A DNA stretch of 64,000 nt from Pyrinomonadaceae bacterium (GTDB lineage Bacteria > Acidobacteriota > Blastocatellia > Pyrinomonadales > Pyrinomonadaceae), in contig OY969701.1 in NCBI GenBank assembly GCA_963702045.1, forward strand, positions 3,886,452 to 3,950,451, in the 5' to 3' direction. Positions within the stretch are counted from its first letter, which is position 1. Every line of letters begins with the position of its first letter. Below the pieces are notes generated by a model. That model made no database searches and was not told where the DNA came from. It was given only the letters and a program-made list of their open reading frames with translations. Below, one piece after another: positions 43,863-53,326 of the stretch. Both the position numbers and the translations under genes were made by a program.

Positions 43863-44727
43863 AACCAATCGTTTCAGAGCTTACAAACGAACGCAGCTCA
43901 GACAAATTCTTCGCATCGGCCTCTGGATCGTCCTGCGGAGTTTCGAGTAAGAACGCCGCGTGCGCAAGTTTTGGATGTTGCGCTACTCGCTCTAACGCGT
44001 CGCGTCCGATATGACCTTCTCCGATATGCCAGTGGCGATCTACGCGCGAATTGTATGCGGCACGCGAATCGTTAAAGTGAACTGCGCGGACATTCTTTGT
44101 CCCGACGTTTTTCGTCAACGATTGAATCGTCGATGCAAGCCCATCCTCGTCGCGTATGTCGTAGCCGGACGTGAACGCATGAGCAGTGTCAAAACAAACG
44201 CCAAGATTCAGCTCACGGCAGTCGGCCATAATTTCGCGCAGATGTTCGAACCGGTGACCGATGCACGCGCCTTGACCCGCTGTGTTCTCGATCAGGATAC
44301 GAAACGAACCCATATTAATTCCGCGACAAGCGGTTTTCAGACTCGCGGAGCAGGTCCGAATTCCTTCCTCTTCTGTGTATCCCTTGCTGCTTCCGGGATG
44401 TACCACGAGATAGTCGGCTTTCAACAAAATTCCGCGTTCAACCTCTTCGCGAAATGACGCTATCGATTTTTCGCGCATTGCTTCGTCCGACGCGGCCAGG
44501 TTGATCAGGTAGTTCGCGTGTATCACGACCGGCGAAATTTTTGTCTTCACTCTTACTTCGCGAAAGGTCTCGATCTCCTCGATCGAAAGCGGTCGCGCCA
44601 TCCAGCCGCGCGGGTTGCGCGAGAAGATCTGCACAGTGTTGCATCCACGCTCGCGTGCTTTGATCAGCGCGTTCTGAAGCCCGCCGGCGATGGGTGCGTG
44701 ATAACCAATCTTTCGAACTTTAGTCAT
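43816..44727 (-). CDS. nfo: endonuclease IV (AP endonuclease 2 family)
   Basis: IGYHAPIAGG, VQIFSRNPRGW, HANYLINLAS, VVHPGS, ENTAGQG, CFDTAHAF, HFNDS and DRHWHIGEG metal-ligand pattern. Carries a Lys/Ala tail of about 20 aa derived from the repeat. Confidence 0.93.
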   Translation of the reverse strand: MTKVRKIGYHAPIAGGLQNALIKARERGCNTVQIFSRNPRGWMARPLSIEEIETFREVRVKTKISPVVIHANYLINLAASDEAMREKSIASFREEVERGILLKADYLVVHPGSSKGYTEEEGIRTCSASLKTACRGINMGSFRILIENTAGQGACIGHRFEHLREIMADCRELNLGVCFDTAHAFTSGYDIRDEDGLASTIQSLTKNVGTKNVRAVHFNDSRAAYNSRVDRHWHIGEGHIGRDALERVAQHPKLAHAAFLLETPQDDPEADAKNLSELRSFVSSETIGSGKGAKAPGKSKAKA

Positions 44728-44760
44728 ATCAGTACCGGAGCAAACTTTGACGAAAACCGG

Positions 44761-44880
44761 GACGAACCACTAAGCAACACTAACCGAAGACGAAATCACA
44801 CGAAATTACGACCCCGATCGTAAACAGTTCTTTCTGATTCGTGTGATTGGTTTTTCGTTTCGTGTATTTCGTGGTTCATC
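44761..44880. repeat. Family D MITE-like palindromic element, copy 4 of 4
   Basis: GACGAACCAC ... GTATTTCGTGGTTCATC with GAAATCACACGAAA / TTCGTGTGATTGG boxes. Confidence 0.9.
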
Positions 44881-44889
44881 GTGCCTCGC

Positions 44890-46152
44890 CTACTTTTCCA
44901 CATTCTCCATAACGCGAAGCACGTTGCCGCCCAGGATCTTATGAATATCTTCTTCCTTGTACCCGCGTCGCACGAGTTCCTTAGTCAGATTCGGCAGATC
45001 GGCCACGCTCGAAAGATCCGAAGTCACAGCCATGATCCCGTCAAAGTCCGATCCCATTCCGACGTGATTTATCCCGACCAGCTTCACGATGTGATCGATA
45101 TGATCGACGATCCGCGACACGGTCACGGGCGGCAGTCGCTTTTTGTACTCAACCAACCGAACACGGTCCCGCGCCATTTTTTTCTCAGCGACGGTTCCCT
45201 GCTGTTCATCCGAAGCTTTTTGAACCAGCGGAGCGATCTCGGCATCCACCTGTTTTTTCTTCTCGCTCCATCCCGGCTCAAGGAATTCCGGATAGAACAC
45301 TACGCAAACAACCCCGCCGCTCCCGGCAATGGCGCGGATCATCTCGTCATCCAGATTGCGCGGCACGTTTGTAATCGCGCGCGCGTTCGAGTGCGACGCG
45401 ATGATCGGCTTGGTCGATGCACTGACGATGTCCCAAAACGCCGCATCGGAAACATGCGAAACGTCCACCATGATACCCAGGCGATTCATCTCTCGAATCA
45501 CGCTCTTTCCAAACTCGGTCAGCCCGCGCGTGCGTCCAATCTCGTCGCCGCTTGATCCGGCCCAGCTCGTGCTGACGCTCCAGGCCGGTGACATATAGCG
45601 AACACCCATCTTGTAATAGCGCTCGACGTTCTCGAGCTTTTCGTCGATCGCGTAACCGCCTTCCAGACCCATCAAGGCTGCCAGCTTTCCGGACTCGGCG
45701 ATCCTGCGCACATCGCCGGCGGTGCTCGCTAACTCCCATGTATCCGGAAATTTCTCGGCCAGCCCGCGAACGGCTGCGATCTGGTCGTCCGCCCGCTTTG
45801 TCGCTCCGGCGCCGGTTACGCCGTAAAGTTGCGGCTCGACCCAGATCGAAAAGAACTGCGCATCGAGACCGCCCTCCTTCATTCGCACCGAATCCAAATG
45901 GCCGTCGGTCAGTCGCTGGCTCAGGTCAATATGCTCGTCAACCAGCCGTTGGGTGGTGTCGGCGTGCAAATCTATCGCGATGGCGCGTCGATGAAGCGTG
46001 TTCACATCGACGCCGTTATCCGAAGCTGGAGTAGGAGAAGGCATATCGTTCTTTGCGGTTTCGGGGGATTTTTGACAGTTTGTGAACGAAACGAGAAGCA
46101 AGATCAGCGAGGCCATTGCTGGAATTAGGGCCGACTTTGCACTATGTCTCAT
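44890..46152 (-). CDS. membrane dipeptidase (peptidase M19), lipoprotein
   Basis: Start set at MRHSAKSALIPAMASLILLLVSFTNC (lipobox). Contains IDLHADT, VDVSHVSD, IASHSNARA and GSDFDG. The upstream TTG-initiated extension is unsupported. Confidence 0.88.
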   Translation of the reverse strand: MRHSAKSALIPAMASLILLLVSFTNCQKSPETAKNDMPSPTPASDNGVDVNTLHRRAIAIDLHADTTQRLVDEHIDLSQRLTDGHLDSVRMKEGGLDAQFFSIWVEPQLYGVTGAGATKRADDQIAAVRGLAEKFPDTWELASTAGDVRRIAESGKLAALMGLEGGYAIDEKLENVERYYKMGVRYMSPAWSVSTSWAGSSGDEIGRTRGLTEFGKSVIREMNRLGIMVDVSHVSDAAFWDIVSASTKPIIASHSNARAITNVPRNLDDEMIRAIAGSGGVVCVVFYPEFLEPGWSEKKKQVDAEIAPLVQKASDEQQGTVAEKKMARDRVRLVEYKKRLPPVTVSRIVDHIDHIVKLVGINHVGMGSDFDGIMAVTSDLSSVADLPNLTKELVRRGYKEEDIHKILGGNVLRVMENVEK

Positions 46153-46411
46153 TTGAAAGATTGAAACGCGAGCAGAGGCATTTTTTGTAAAGCTTTGCGA
46201 GCTTTCATAGGTTACGCGAGAGATTAAGGTTGAATCAAGCTCGCCTTGCAATGCTATACGGCTTTACGGTATTGTGCGGTCTTAAACACAGGTCGCAATC
46301 GCTCTAAGAGGCTCATTTTTTCTATCTCAAAACGCAACGGCGATTTTGAAATTTTTTGCAATTGTACAGTCGCGCCCTTCATCTAATCACTCCCCGGAAG
46401 GAGCAATAAAA

Positions 46412-47494
46412 ATGTTTTCAAAAGACGGTAAAGCAAAAGACGTTAAGGCCCCTAAGATCGCGGACGACGTGTGGTGCAACGGCGAGTTCATCAAGTGGAA
46501 TGATGCGCGGGTTCATGTTATGTCGCACGTTCTGCACTACGGATCGAGCGTCTTTGAAGGCATTCGCTGTTACAAAACCAAGCGAGGCCCGGCCGTCTTT
46601 CGACTTCAGGAACACATGCAGCGGCTGTTGAATTCGGCCAAGATTTACCGGATGGAGAATGATTGGACGCGCGATCAGTTGTCCGATGCAGCGGTTGAAT
46701 TGGTCCGTCGAAGCGGGATGGATCAGTGCTACCTTCGACCGATAATTTTCCGAAGCCTGGATGAAGAGAATCCTGCTTTCGGCGTTAACCCTTTTCCGAA
46801 TCCGCTGGCCTGTTACATCGGCGCCTGGGATTGGGGCAAGTATTTAGGCGACGAAGCACTGGAGCAGGGTGTCGATGTTTGCGTGTCGACGTGGAATCGA
46901 CTGACGCCGAATTCGATGCCGGCGATGGCAAAGGCCGGCGCGAACTACATGAATTCGCAGTTGATCAAGATGGAAGCCATCCTGAACGGCTTTGCTGAAG
47001 GAATCGCACTCGACGATCGCGGATATGTTTCCGAAGGTTCGGGCGAGAATATTTTCCTGGTCTACGAAGGCAAGCTGGTAACACCGCCGCTTTCGTCTTC
47101 GATCCTGCCGGGCATCACGCGCGACAGCGTGATTGAGATTTGCCGCGGACTCGGAATTCCCGTGATTGAGGGCGGAGTGCAGCGCGCCGCGTTATACGTC
47201 GCGGACGAAGTTTTCTTTACCGGCACCGCTGCCGAAGTGACGCCGATTCGTTCGGTGGATCGGATCACGGTCGGCAATGGACGACGCGGCGAGATAACCG
47301 GACAAATCCAGAAGCTGTATCTTGAGATCACCTCCGGCGAACGCGAAGCGCCGGGTCCGTGGTTGACGTACGTTAACGACGGCGCAGTTCCGGTTGAACG
47401 CAACGGCCACGGCAAGGTTCAGGTCAAGGAAGCCAGCGCATCGGCCAGCCCGAGCGAGCCGGCAGTGGATTTGGAAGCCGTGATGACTGAATAG
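46412..47494 (+). CDS. ilvE: branched-chain amino acid aminotransferase
   Basis: GGAAGGAG Shine-Dalgarno sequence, then the ATG at 46412. HYGSSVFEGIRCY, class IV aminotransferase pattern (YLRP, NYMNSQL, EGSGENIF, PGITRDS). Unusual C-terminal extension of about 50 aa. Confidence 0.93.
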   Translation: MFSKDGKAKDVKAPKIADDVWCNGEFIKWNDARVHVMSHVLHYGSSVFEGIRCYKTKRGPAVFRLQEHMQRLLNSAKIYRMENDWTRDQLSDAAVELVRRSGMDQCYLRPIIFRSLDEENPAFGVNPFPNPLACYIGAWDWGKYLGDEALEQGVDVCVSTWNRLTPNSMPAMAKAGANYMNSQLIKMEAILNGFAEGIALDDRGYVSEGSGENIFLVYEGKLVTPPLSSSILPGITRDSVIEICRGLGIPVIEGGVQRAALYVADEVFFTGTAAEVTPIRSVDRITVGNGRRGEITGQIQKLYLEITSGEREAPGPWLTYVNDGAVPVERNGHGKVQVKEASASASPSEPAVDLEAVMTE

Positions 47495-47533
47495 CCGGTA
47501 TTGACTTTAAGTTTTGCTGCTCCAGCAAAAACC

Positions 47534-47575
47534 AAACGACGCAGCGAAAGCACTATGCTTTTCTGCGTCGTTTTT
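47534..47575. terminator. bidirectional intrinsic terminator between ilvE and the convergent FG-GAP gene
   Basis: AAACGACGCAG - 18-nt loop - CTGCGTCGTTT followed by TTTT. A-run on the other side. A second small hairpin TTTTGCTG-CTC-CAGCAAAA lies at 47512..47530. Confidence 0.6.
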
Positions 47576-47605
47576 GTATCTCGACCAACCTGCGTTTGCT
47601 TCAGC

Positions 47606-49693
47606 TCAGTAGTTGAGCGATGACGGAACCGGTATGTCTCCGGCAGTTCCCCACTGCTCCGCTCGCATTGAGTTCGAACCGCTCTGCAATATCAACCAGG
47701 TTCCGATCGACGGCCGAAAGACAGCGAAGTCGGTCTTGCCATCCGAATTGTAGTCGCCCGGTACCGGTACATCGCCGGCCGCTCCCCACAATTGTCCACG
47801 AAAAGTCTTGAGCGTGCTAAGAAGCACATACCATCCGCCGTCCGACGGGCGATAAACCGCGATGTCCCGCTGCGTGTCGCCGTCATAGTCTCCCGGAACC
47901 GGTACGTCACCATTTGCGCCCCAAACTTCAGAACGAACATTCCCGGAAAGACTCTGAAAGACATACCAGGTGTTCGTCGATGGCCGCATGACAGCTATAT
48001 CGCTCTTTGAATCGCCATCGTAGTCGCCCGGAACCGGACGGTCGCCGTTTGCTCCGAACTGTAGCGAGCGAAAAATGTTGCCGGTCCCGACCGTGATGTA
48101 CCACGTTCCTTCACTGGGCCTGAAAACCGCGACGTCGGTCAATCCGTTGCCGTCAAAATCTGCCGGAGTCGGTACGTCGGTCGCGACGCCAAAATTCTGC
48201 ACGCGCAACAAACCGTTCGAGCTGTTCAGAATGAACCACGTTCCGATCGAAGGACGAAATACAGCGATATCGGTTCTGCCGTCTCCGTCGTAATCGCCGG
48301 GTGCCGGCAGATCGCCGGTGGTTCCGAACATGCGGACAAGCGTGCTGGTGTTACTACTCCGCAACGCGTACCAGGTATTGTCTGAGGGACGATAAACCGA
48401 CAAGTCAGTCAGAGTGTCGCCGTCGAAATCTCCGATGTTGCGGTGGCTGGGGCGCGTGACATAAACGTTCGACGTACCGGGATTAAGCGCCGGCGCAGAA
48501 TCACCAAACGGTGCTCCAACAAGAAATCCGTTGTCGCTCACACTCACGCTGGCTCCAAACGCATCACCCGCCGCAGCATTCTCGGCGAGAATAATCGTGC
48601 CGTTGTCCCAAACTTCACCGTAGCGTCTGAAGTAGTACGCAGCCCCGCTGTCTGTGCCGACCGAGTCGTGGAGCGGAGCTCCGACAACGATCGTGTCGCC
48701 GTTGATGGCCACGTCCCAACCGAAAGCGCCCGACGGTGCTTCAGGCGGGAACAATTTTCTGCTGAATGTCCACGAGCCACCGGCGCGTTGATAAACATAC
48801 GCAGACCCGTCGTTTTTCGCACCAATGACCGCAGTATCACCGCTGATGCCCACACGCCATCCAAAGTAATCACCGGGCATGTTGTCGGTCGGTACAAGGT
48901 AAGTTTGTTCGGTCCACGCCGTACCGTTGAACCGGAAAATATAAGCCGACCCAGCATCCACGCCGACGGACGGGTCGTCAGCGTATGCGCCAACTACAAC
49001 TGTGTCGCCGTTGATCCCCACGCTGTTGCCAAAGTTATCGAAGGGCTGGATCTGACTGCCGGTCAACTGAGTTTCGAATTCCCACGTCGTGCCGTTGAAG
49101 CGATAGATCGAGGCCGCGCCCGAACGGTATACACCTGGCGTGCTGGCGTTACTTTCACCAACCACAATTCTGTCCCCGGCGATCGCTACGCTGGTTCCGA
49201 AATAACTACCCTCTTTTTCGAATTTGGCCTGACGCGTCCAGGTAGTTCCATTTCGCTGGTAGACATAGAAGGCGCCAGTCAGCGTATAGGCGCTGTAAGG
49301 TCGACCGACCACTGCGGTGTCACCGCTGATAGCTACGGCTAATCCGTAATTCGTCATGACCGGTTCATCTTCGATCAGCGTTGCCTGCAAAACCCAGGTC
49401 GATCCCGTTCGTTGAAAAATGTATGCGACTCCCTGGCGCCAATTCGTTATCCGCTTTGTATATGCACCCACGATAGCCGTGTTGCCGCTGACCGCCAGGG
49501 TCCAGCCAAACCGATCACCGCCCGCGCCATCCGTCGCCGCCAGCCTCGCCTGAAAAAGTTGCGCCGGGCTGTCGGTTGTGTTGTTCTCCGCCCTAATCTT
49601 GCTTGAGAAACCTGCGGCATAAACTGCAACGGCGAACAAGAAAACAAAAATCACGTAGCGAACTGCACGAGAGCGGTTGGGAGTAGTTGTCAT
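47606..49693 (-). CDS. secreted two-propeller protein: integrin-type FG-GAP repeats plus C-terminal FG-GAP/VCBS-like repeats
   Basis: Signal peptide. Seven repeats of xFGxSVAISGDTxVVGAP type. The C-terminal module (47606..about 48436) has six 44-aa repeats GDYDGDGxTDIAVFRPSxGTW. Confidence 0.88.
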   Translation of the reverse strand: MTTTPNRSRAVRYVIFVFLFAVAVYAAGFSSKIRAENNTTDSPAQLFQARLAATDGAGGDRFGWTLAVSGNTAIVGAYTKRITNWRQGVAYIFQRTGSTWVLQATLIEDEPVMTNYGLAVAISGDTAVVGRPYSAYTLTGAFYVYQRNGTTWTRQAKFEKEGSYFGTSVAIAGDRIVVGESNASTPGVYRSGAASIYRFNGTTWEFETQLTGSQIQPFDNFGNSVGINGDTVVVGAYADDPSVGVDAGSAYIFRFNGTAWTEQTYLVPTDNMPGDYFGWRVGISGDTAVIGAKNDGSAYVYQRAGGSWTFSRKLFPPEAPSGAFGWDVAINGDTIVVGAPLHDSVGTDSGAAYYFRRYGEVWDNGTIILAENAAAGDAFGASVSVSDNGFLVGAPFGDSAPALNPGTSNVYVTRPSHRNIGDFDGDTLTDLSVYRPSDNTWYALRSSNTSTLVRMFGTTGDLPAPGDYDGDGRTDIAVFRPSIGTWFILNSSNGLLRVQNFGVATDVPTPADFDGNGLTDVAVFRPSEGTWYITVGTGNIFRSLQFGANGDRPVPGDYDGDSKSDIAVMRPSTNTWYVFQSLSGNVRSEVWGANGDVPVPGDYDGDTQRDIAVYRPSDGGWYVLLSTLKTFRGQLWGAAGDVPVPGDYNSDGKTDFAVFRPSIGTWLILQSGSNSMRAEQWGTAGDIPVPSSLNY

Positions 49694-49805
49694 AGGCGAG
49701 ACCTCTTGATCGAGTTTTGCGAGTATGTATCACAGCGCTGCAGTTATGACAACGACTTTCCGAAAGTGGTAGTGGTGCAGTTTGCATTCGAGAAAGATAA
49801 GACGG

Positions 49806-49941
49806 TTTCACGCAAAGGCGCGAAGAACCGAAAGCAGAAGACGCAAAGAAAATCATTCATTATCTTTGCAGTTCTGAGCGCTTGTAACATTGCTTCCCCT
49901 TTGCGCCTCTTGCTTTCGGTTCTTTGCGCCTTTGCGTGAAA
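49806..49941. repeat. Family E palindromic element (long copy)
   Basis: TTTCACGCAAAGGCGCGAAGAACCGAAAGCAGAAGACGCAAAG ... CTTTGCGCCTCTTGCTTTCGGTTCTTTGCGCCTTTGCGTGAAA, 43-nt arms with about 39 complementary positions. Confidence 0.88.
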
Positions 49942-50257
49942 TTTCCTCCTGACAAAGTCCGAAACTGCGCCACAACTCCGAAAGTGATCTGGCCCTAAGT
50001 CTTTAATATTCAAGGGGCTTCAGGCCGTTCAACATGGGCCAAACTTAGTTATTGACGCCCAAAAGGCTGGCAGCCTATTATGTTCATGGCGTCTCCGGGC
50101 CTTTAATTCTCCGGATCGCCGCCCCAGAGCCCGCAAAAGAGACAGCCAGGAAAAGCGTTTCCAGCCCTGAAAACGCTAATAATCCCAACATTCCCAGTGT
50201 CACCCCTCACATACGGATCCGAGTCCGTGCGGAAAGGTAAACGGTTCTAAACCTCTT

Positions 50258-51439
50258 ATGTCTCAGAAAATTGACGACCTGCTGCACGTCGCCTGCACGT
50301 TTGGCGCGTCCGATCTTCATGTCAAGGTCGGAAACTTTCCATTTATGCGCATCGGGGGCGAGTTGCGTCCGGTTGTCGACTCAATGCGGTTGACCCAGGA
50401 AGACACGCTCGACATGGCGTTTTCGATGATGTCGAATCGCCAGAAACAACGATTCAAGGAAGTCTGCGAAGTCGATATCGGATACGGCGTTTCCGGTCTG
50501 GGCCGTTTTCGCGCGAACATTTTTCAGCAGCGCGGAACTGTCGGCATAGTCATGCGCGTCATTCCCGATCAGATGCGCGCCATGTCCGAATTGATGTTGC
50601 CGCCGGTGATCGAAAAGATTTCAGACGAACAGCGCGGGTTGATTCTGGTGACCGGAACTACCGGCTCCGGAAAATCCACGACGCTCGCGTCGATGATCGA
50701 TCGCATAAATTCGAACCGCAGCGGTCACATAGTAACCATCGAAGATCCGATCGAGTTTCTCCATCGCGACAAACGATCGTTCGTAACTCAACGTGAAGTC
50801 GACGTAGACACGCGTTCGTTCGCCGAAGCTTTGCGCGGCGCCTTGCGACAGGACCCGGACATAATTCTGGTCGGCGAAATGCGCGATCTGGAAACGATCT
50901 CAACCGCGATGACCGCGGCCGAGACCGGCCACCTGGTTCTTTCGACTTTGCACACGCTCGATGCGACTGAAACGATCACGCGAATCGTGTCGTCCTTCCC
51001 ACCTCATCATCAGAAGTCAGTTCGGCTTCAGCTGGCAGGAATTCTAAAAGCGGTCATTTCCATGCGTCTGGTCCGAGCCGCCAAAGGCGGAGGCCGCGTG
51101 CCCGCCGTCGAAGTGATGGTATCGACCGGATTGATTCGCGACTGCATCGTTCACGAAGAGAAGACTTCGCAGATTCGCGACGCGATCGCCGCCGGAACAT
51201 CGCAGTACGGCATGCAGACCTTCGATCAATCGCTGTTTCATCTTTATCAATCCGAACACATCACGCTGGGTGAAGCGCTGCGCGGTGCAAGCAACCCGGA
51301 TGAATTTCGTCTGCGCATCGAAGGCATTCGTTCGACCGCGGACCAGGCCAAAGAAGAGATGGAACGCATCGGTAACGTCAGCAGTCCCGCCCCACGATCC
51401 AAACACTCCTCGACCACAGGTGAACTGCGATCGAGTTAG
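50258..51439 (+). CDS. pilT: type IV pilus retraction ATPase PilT-family
   Basis: ASDLHVKVG, Walker A GTTGSGKSTT, IVTIEDPIE, ILVGEMRD, GHLVLSTLHT and a PilT-type C-terminal region. Ser/Pro-rich tail of about 35 aa. Confidence 0.93.
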   Translation: MSQKIDDLLHVACTFGASDLHVKVGNFPFMRIGGELRPVVDSMRLTQEDTLDMAFSMMSNRQKQRFKEVCEVDIGYGVSGLGRFRANIFQQRGTVGIVMRVIPDQMRAMSELMLPPVIEKISDEQRGLILVTGTTGSGKSTTLASMIDRINSNRSGHIVTIEDPIEFLHRDKRSFVTQREVDVDTRSFAEALRGALRQDPDIILVGEMRDLETISTAMTAAETGHLVLSTLHTLDATETITRIVSSFPPHHQKSVRLQLAGILKAVISMRLVRAAKGGGRVPAVEVMVSTGLIRDCIVHEEKTSQIRDAIAAGTSQYGMQTFDQSLFHLYQSEHITLGEALRGASNPDEFRLRIEGIRSTADQAKEEMERIGNVSSPAPRSKHSSTTGELRSS

Positions 51440-51501
51440 ATTGAGAACGCATTCACCACATCTTCCCAAACTCGCCCTCGCTGCCCGGAGAGATTGAGAC
51501 T

Positions 51502-52998
51502 ATGAGTTCGCAGACGGTTGAAACCTGGCGCGTGATGACGCCGGAAGGGGTTTTCGAAGCAGACCTGGATACCTTGAAGCAGTGGATTGTCGAAGGTTGT
51601 GTTCTTCCGACCGACAAGGTAGCCAAAGGAAATCTGAACTGGATAGACGCCGGCCGCGCGCCCAGCCTGCGCCGCGCGTTTTCAGGCGAGGTCGATCTAT
51701 CCGCGGTCCCCAGCGCATCGGCCGAATCCGTCTTCGTATCGGAGCCGGTTCCCGAAACGGCGTACGCTGAACCTGCGTACAGCGGCGGCTATGCTCAGGA
51801 AGCAAACTCTCAAGCGAGTTACACGCATTCGACTTCTTCACACTCTTTCGCTCAAACCGCGCTTCCCGACAACCCTGCCTGCCTGAACCACCCCGGGATC
51901 GCTCCCTTTTATCTTTGCCGCGCGTGCAGCGCTACGTTTTGCAAGTCTTGCCCGACCGTCGTTAACCAGATTCCGATCTGCCCGGCGTGCGGCGACCTGT
52001 GCAAGCCCTTTCAGGAAGTCAGAGAACGAGCGGTTCGTCGCGAATACCAGGCCGCCGGTTTCGGCTTTGCCGAATTCGGAAAGTCGCTGGCCTATCCATT
52101 CAAAAATATTTTCGGCGTGATCGGCATGGCGATTCTCTATGCCTTTCTCCTGTTCGGCGGTTTTAAGGGACAGCTGGTCGCGTGGGGCATACTCTTCGGA
52201 TGCATGTCGAACGTCATTAGCCAGTTCGCGTGGGGTCGAACCGATCGCGGCATGTTTTCAAACTTCGATTCGTTTTCTTTCTATGAAGACGTTATTCGCC
52301 CGCTGTTTCTTAGCATAGGAATTTTCCTGGTCACGCTTGGGCCAACCATCGTCCTGATCATCGCCCTGTTTTTTGGATTGTTCAGCGGTACCAGTTCGTC
52401 GCGACCAGGCACGACTCCGATCCCGCAGCCTTCAGCGGCGGAAGAATCCGAGATCACCGATGAAGACATGGACGCCTTGATCGAAGGCAACGATCCGGAG
52501 AAAGAGGCTGCTGCTGCAAAGAAGGTCGAGAGACTTCATCCAGGCCAGCGGATGAGCGAAGAGATGGAGAAGCAGAAGGAATCTATCCCGCTCAGCTCGA
52601 TGCTCGGGCTTTTGGGAATCTCAGGCGCGATCATCGGACTCTTTCTGCTCACGTTGGGATGGGCATTTTTCTATTACCCGATGGCTTTGGCCGTGGCCGG
52701 TTATACGGAAGACTTCAAATCCGTGATCAATCCGCTGGTCGGGTTGGACACGATGCGGCGAATGGGATGGACGTACGTCAAGGCTTTCTTCATGTATCTC
52801 GGAGTGCAGGGCGTCGGCATCATCCTGGCAGTTATTACCGGAATCCTCCTGGCTCCGTTTGATATGCCGTTCTTCGGAAACCTGCCGGCGCAGTTCGTCA
52901 ATGGAATAATCACGTTCTACACCAGTCTTGTAGTCGCTTGCATTCTGGGCTTCGCGTTGTTCAAGTGCGCGGACAAGCTGGGCATCGATACGGATTAG
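51502..52998 (+). CDS. GYF_2-like plus B-box-like zinc-finger N-terminus fused to a 6-7 TM membrane domain, unknown function
   Basis: GGAGAG Shine-Dalgarno sequence. WRVMTPEGVFEADLDTLKQWIVEGCVLPTDKV (GYF_2/DUF4339-like). CLNHPGIAPFYLCRACSATFCKSCPTVVNQIPICPACGDLC. Multiple hydrophobic helices with an acidic cytoplasmic loop. Confidence 0.75.
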   Translation: MSSQTVETWRVMTPEGVFEADLDTLKQWIVEGCVLPTDKVAKGNLNWIDAGRAPSLRRAFSGEVDLSAVPSASAESVFVSEPVPETAYAEPAYSGGYAQEANSQASYTHSTSSHSFAQTALPDNPACLNHPGIAPFYLCRACSATFCKSCPTVVNQIPICPACGDLCKPFQEVRERAVRREYQAAGFGFAEFGKSLAYPFKNIFGVIGMAILYAFLLFGGFKGQLVAWGILFGCMSNVISQFAWGRTDRGMFSNFDSFSFYEDVIRPLFLSIGIFLVTLGPTIVLIIALFFGLFSGTSSSRPGTTPIPQPSAAEESEITDEDMDALIEGNDPEKEAAAAKKVERLHPGQRMSEEMEKQKESIPLSSMLGLLGISGAIIGLFLLTLGWAFFYYPMALAVAGYTEDFKSVINPLVGLDTMRRMGWTYVKAFFMYLGVQGVGIILAVITGILLAPFDMPFFGNLPAQFVNGIITFYTSLVVACILGFALFKCADKLGIDTD

Positions 52999-53062
52999 TT
53001 CGTGCAGAGTTCGCAGTTGGTAGAATGGCCGAGAGTGTCGAGCTCTCGGCCATTTGCTTTGC

Positions 53063-53087
53063 ATGTCCGACAAACTTCAGTTTGTCG
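53063..53087. repeat. Family B hairpin (degenerate single unit)
   Basis: ATGTCCGACAAACTTCAGTTTGTCG. The right half is truncated. Confidence 0.6.
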
Positions 53088-53127
53088 CTCGTTGCTATTT
53101 CCAACTCAAGACGGAGCGCAAGCCGAT

Positions 53128-53248
53128 GGAGCGCAGGCGGCTCGCCTGCAAAGCGTGCTTTAGCACGCTAATAGGCTTCGCTGTCACTCGACGCTACTGG
53201 TTCTTTATTTTCGCGCTTCGCTCACTGCAGGCGAGCCGCCTGCGCTCC
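53128..53248. repeat. Family C palindromic element (long copy)
   Basis: GGAGCGCAGGCGGCTCGCCTGCA ... TGCAGGCGAGCCGCCTGCGCTCC. The right half is near-identical to 16281..16320. Confidence 0.88.
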
Positions 53249-53326
53249 TTCGGCCCTGTCCCGCTTGACACCCATACGGGAATTAGCGACCCTTTCTCGC
53301 TTGCTCCTAACGCGGTCTGCACCTAC

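Noticed and set aside
53054-53326. N-terminal 91 codons of the listed GT2 ORF, and likewise MSDIN at 56542..56556.
   Set aside because: These codons are read straight through repeat elements B5/C3 and B6 (MSDKLQFV.., MERRRLAC..). The same peptide strings arise wherever these repeats occur, so they are not genuine coding sequence.
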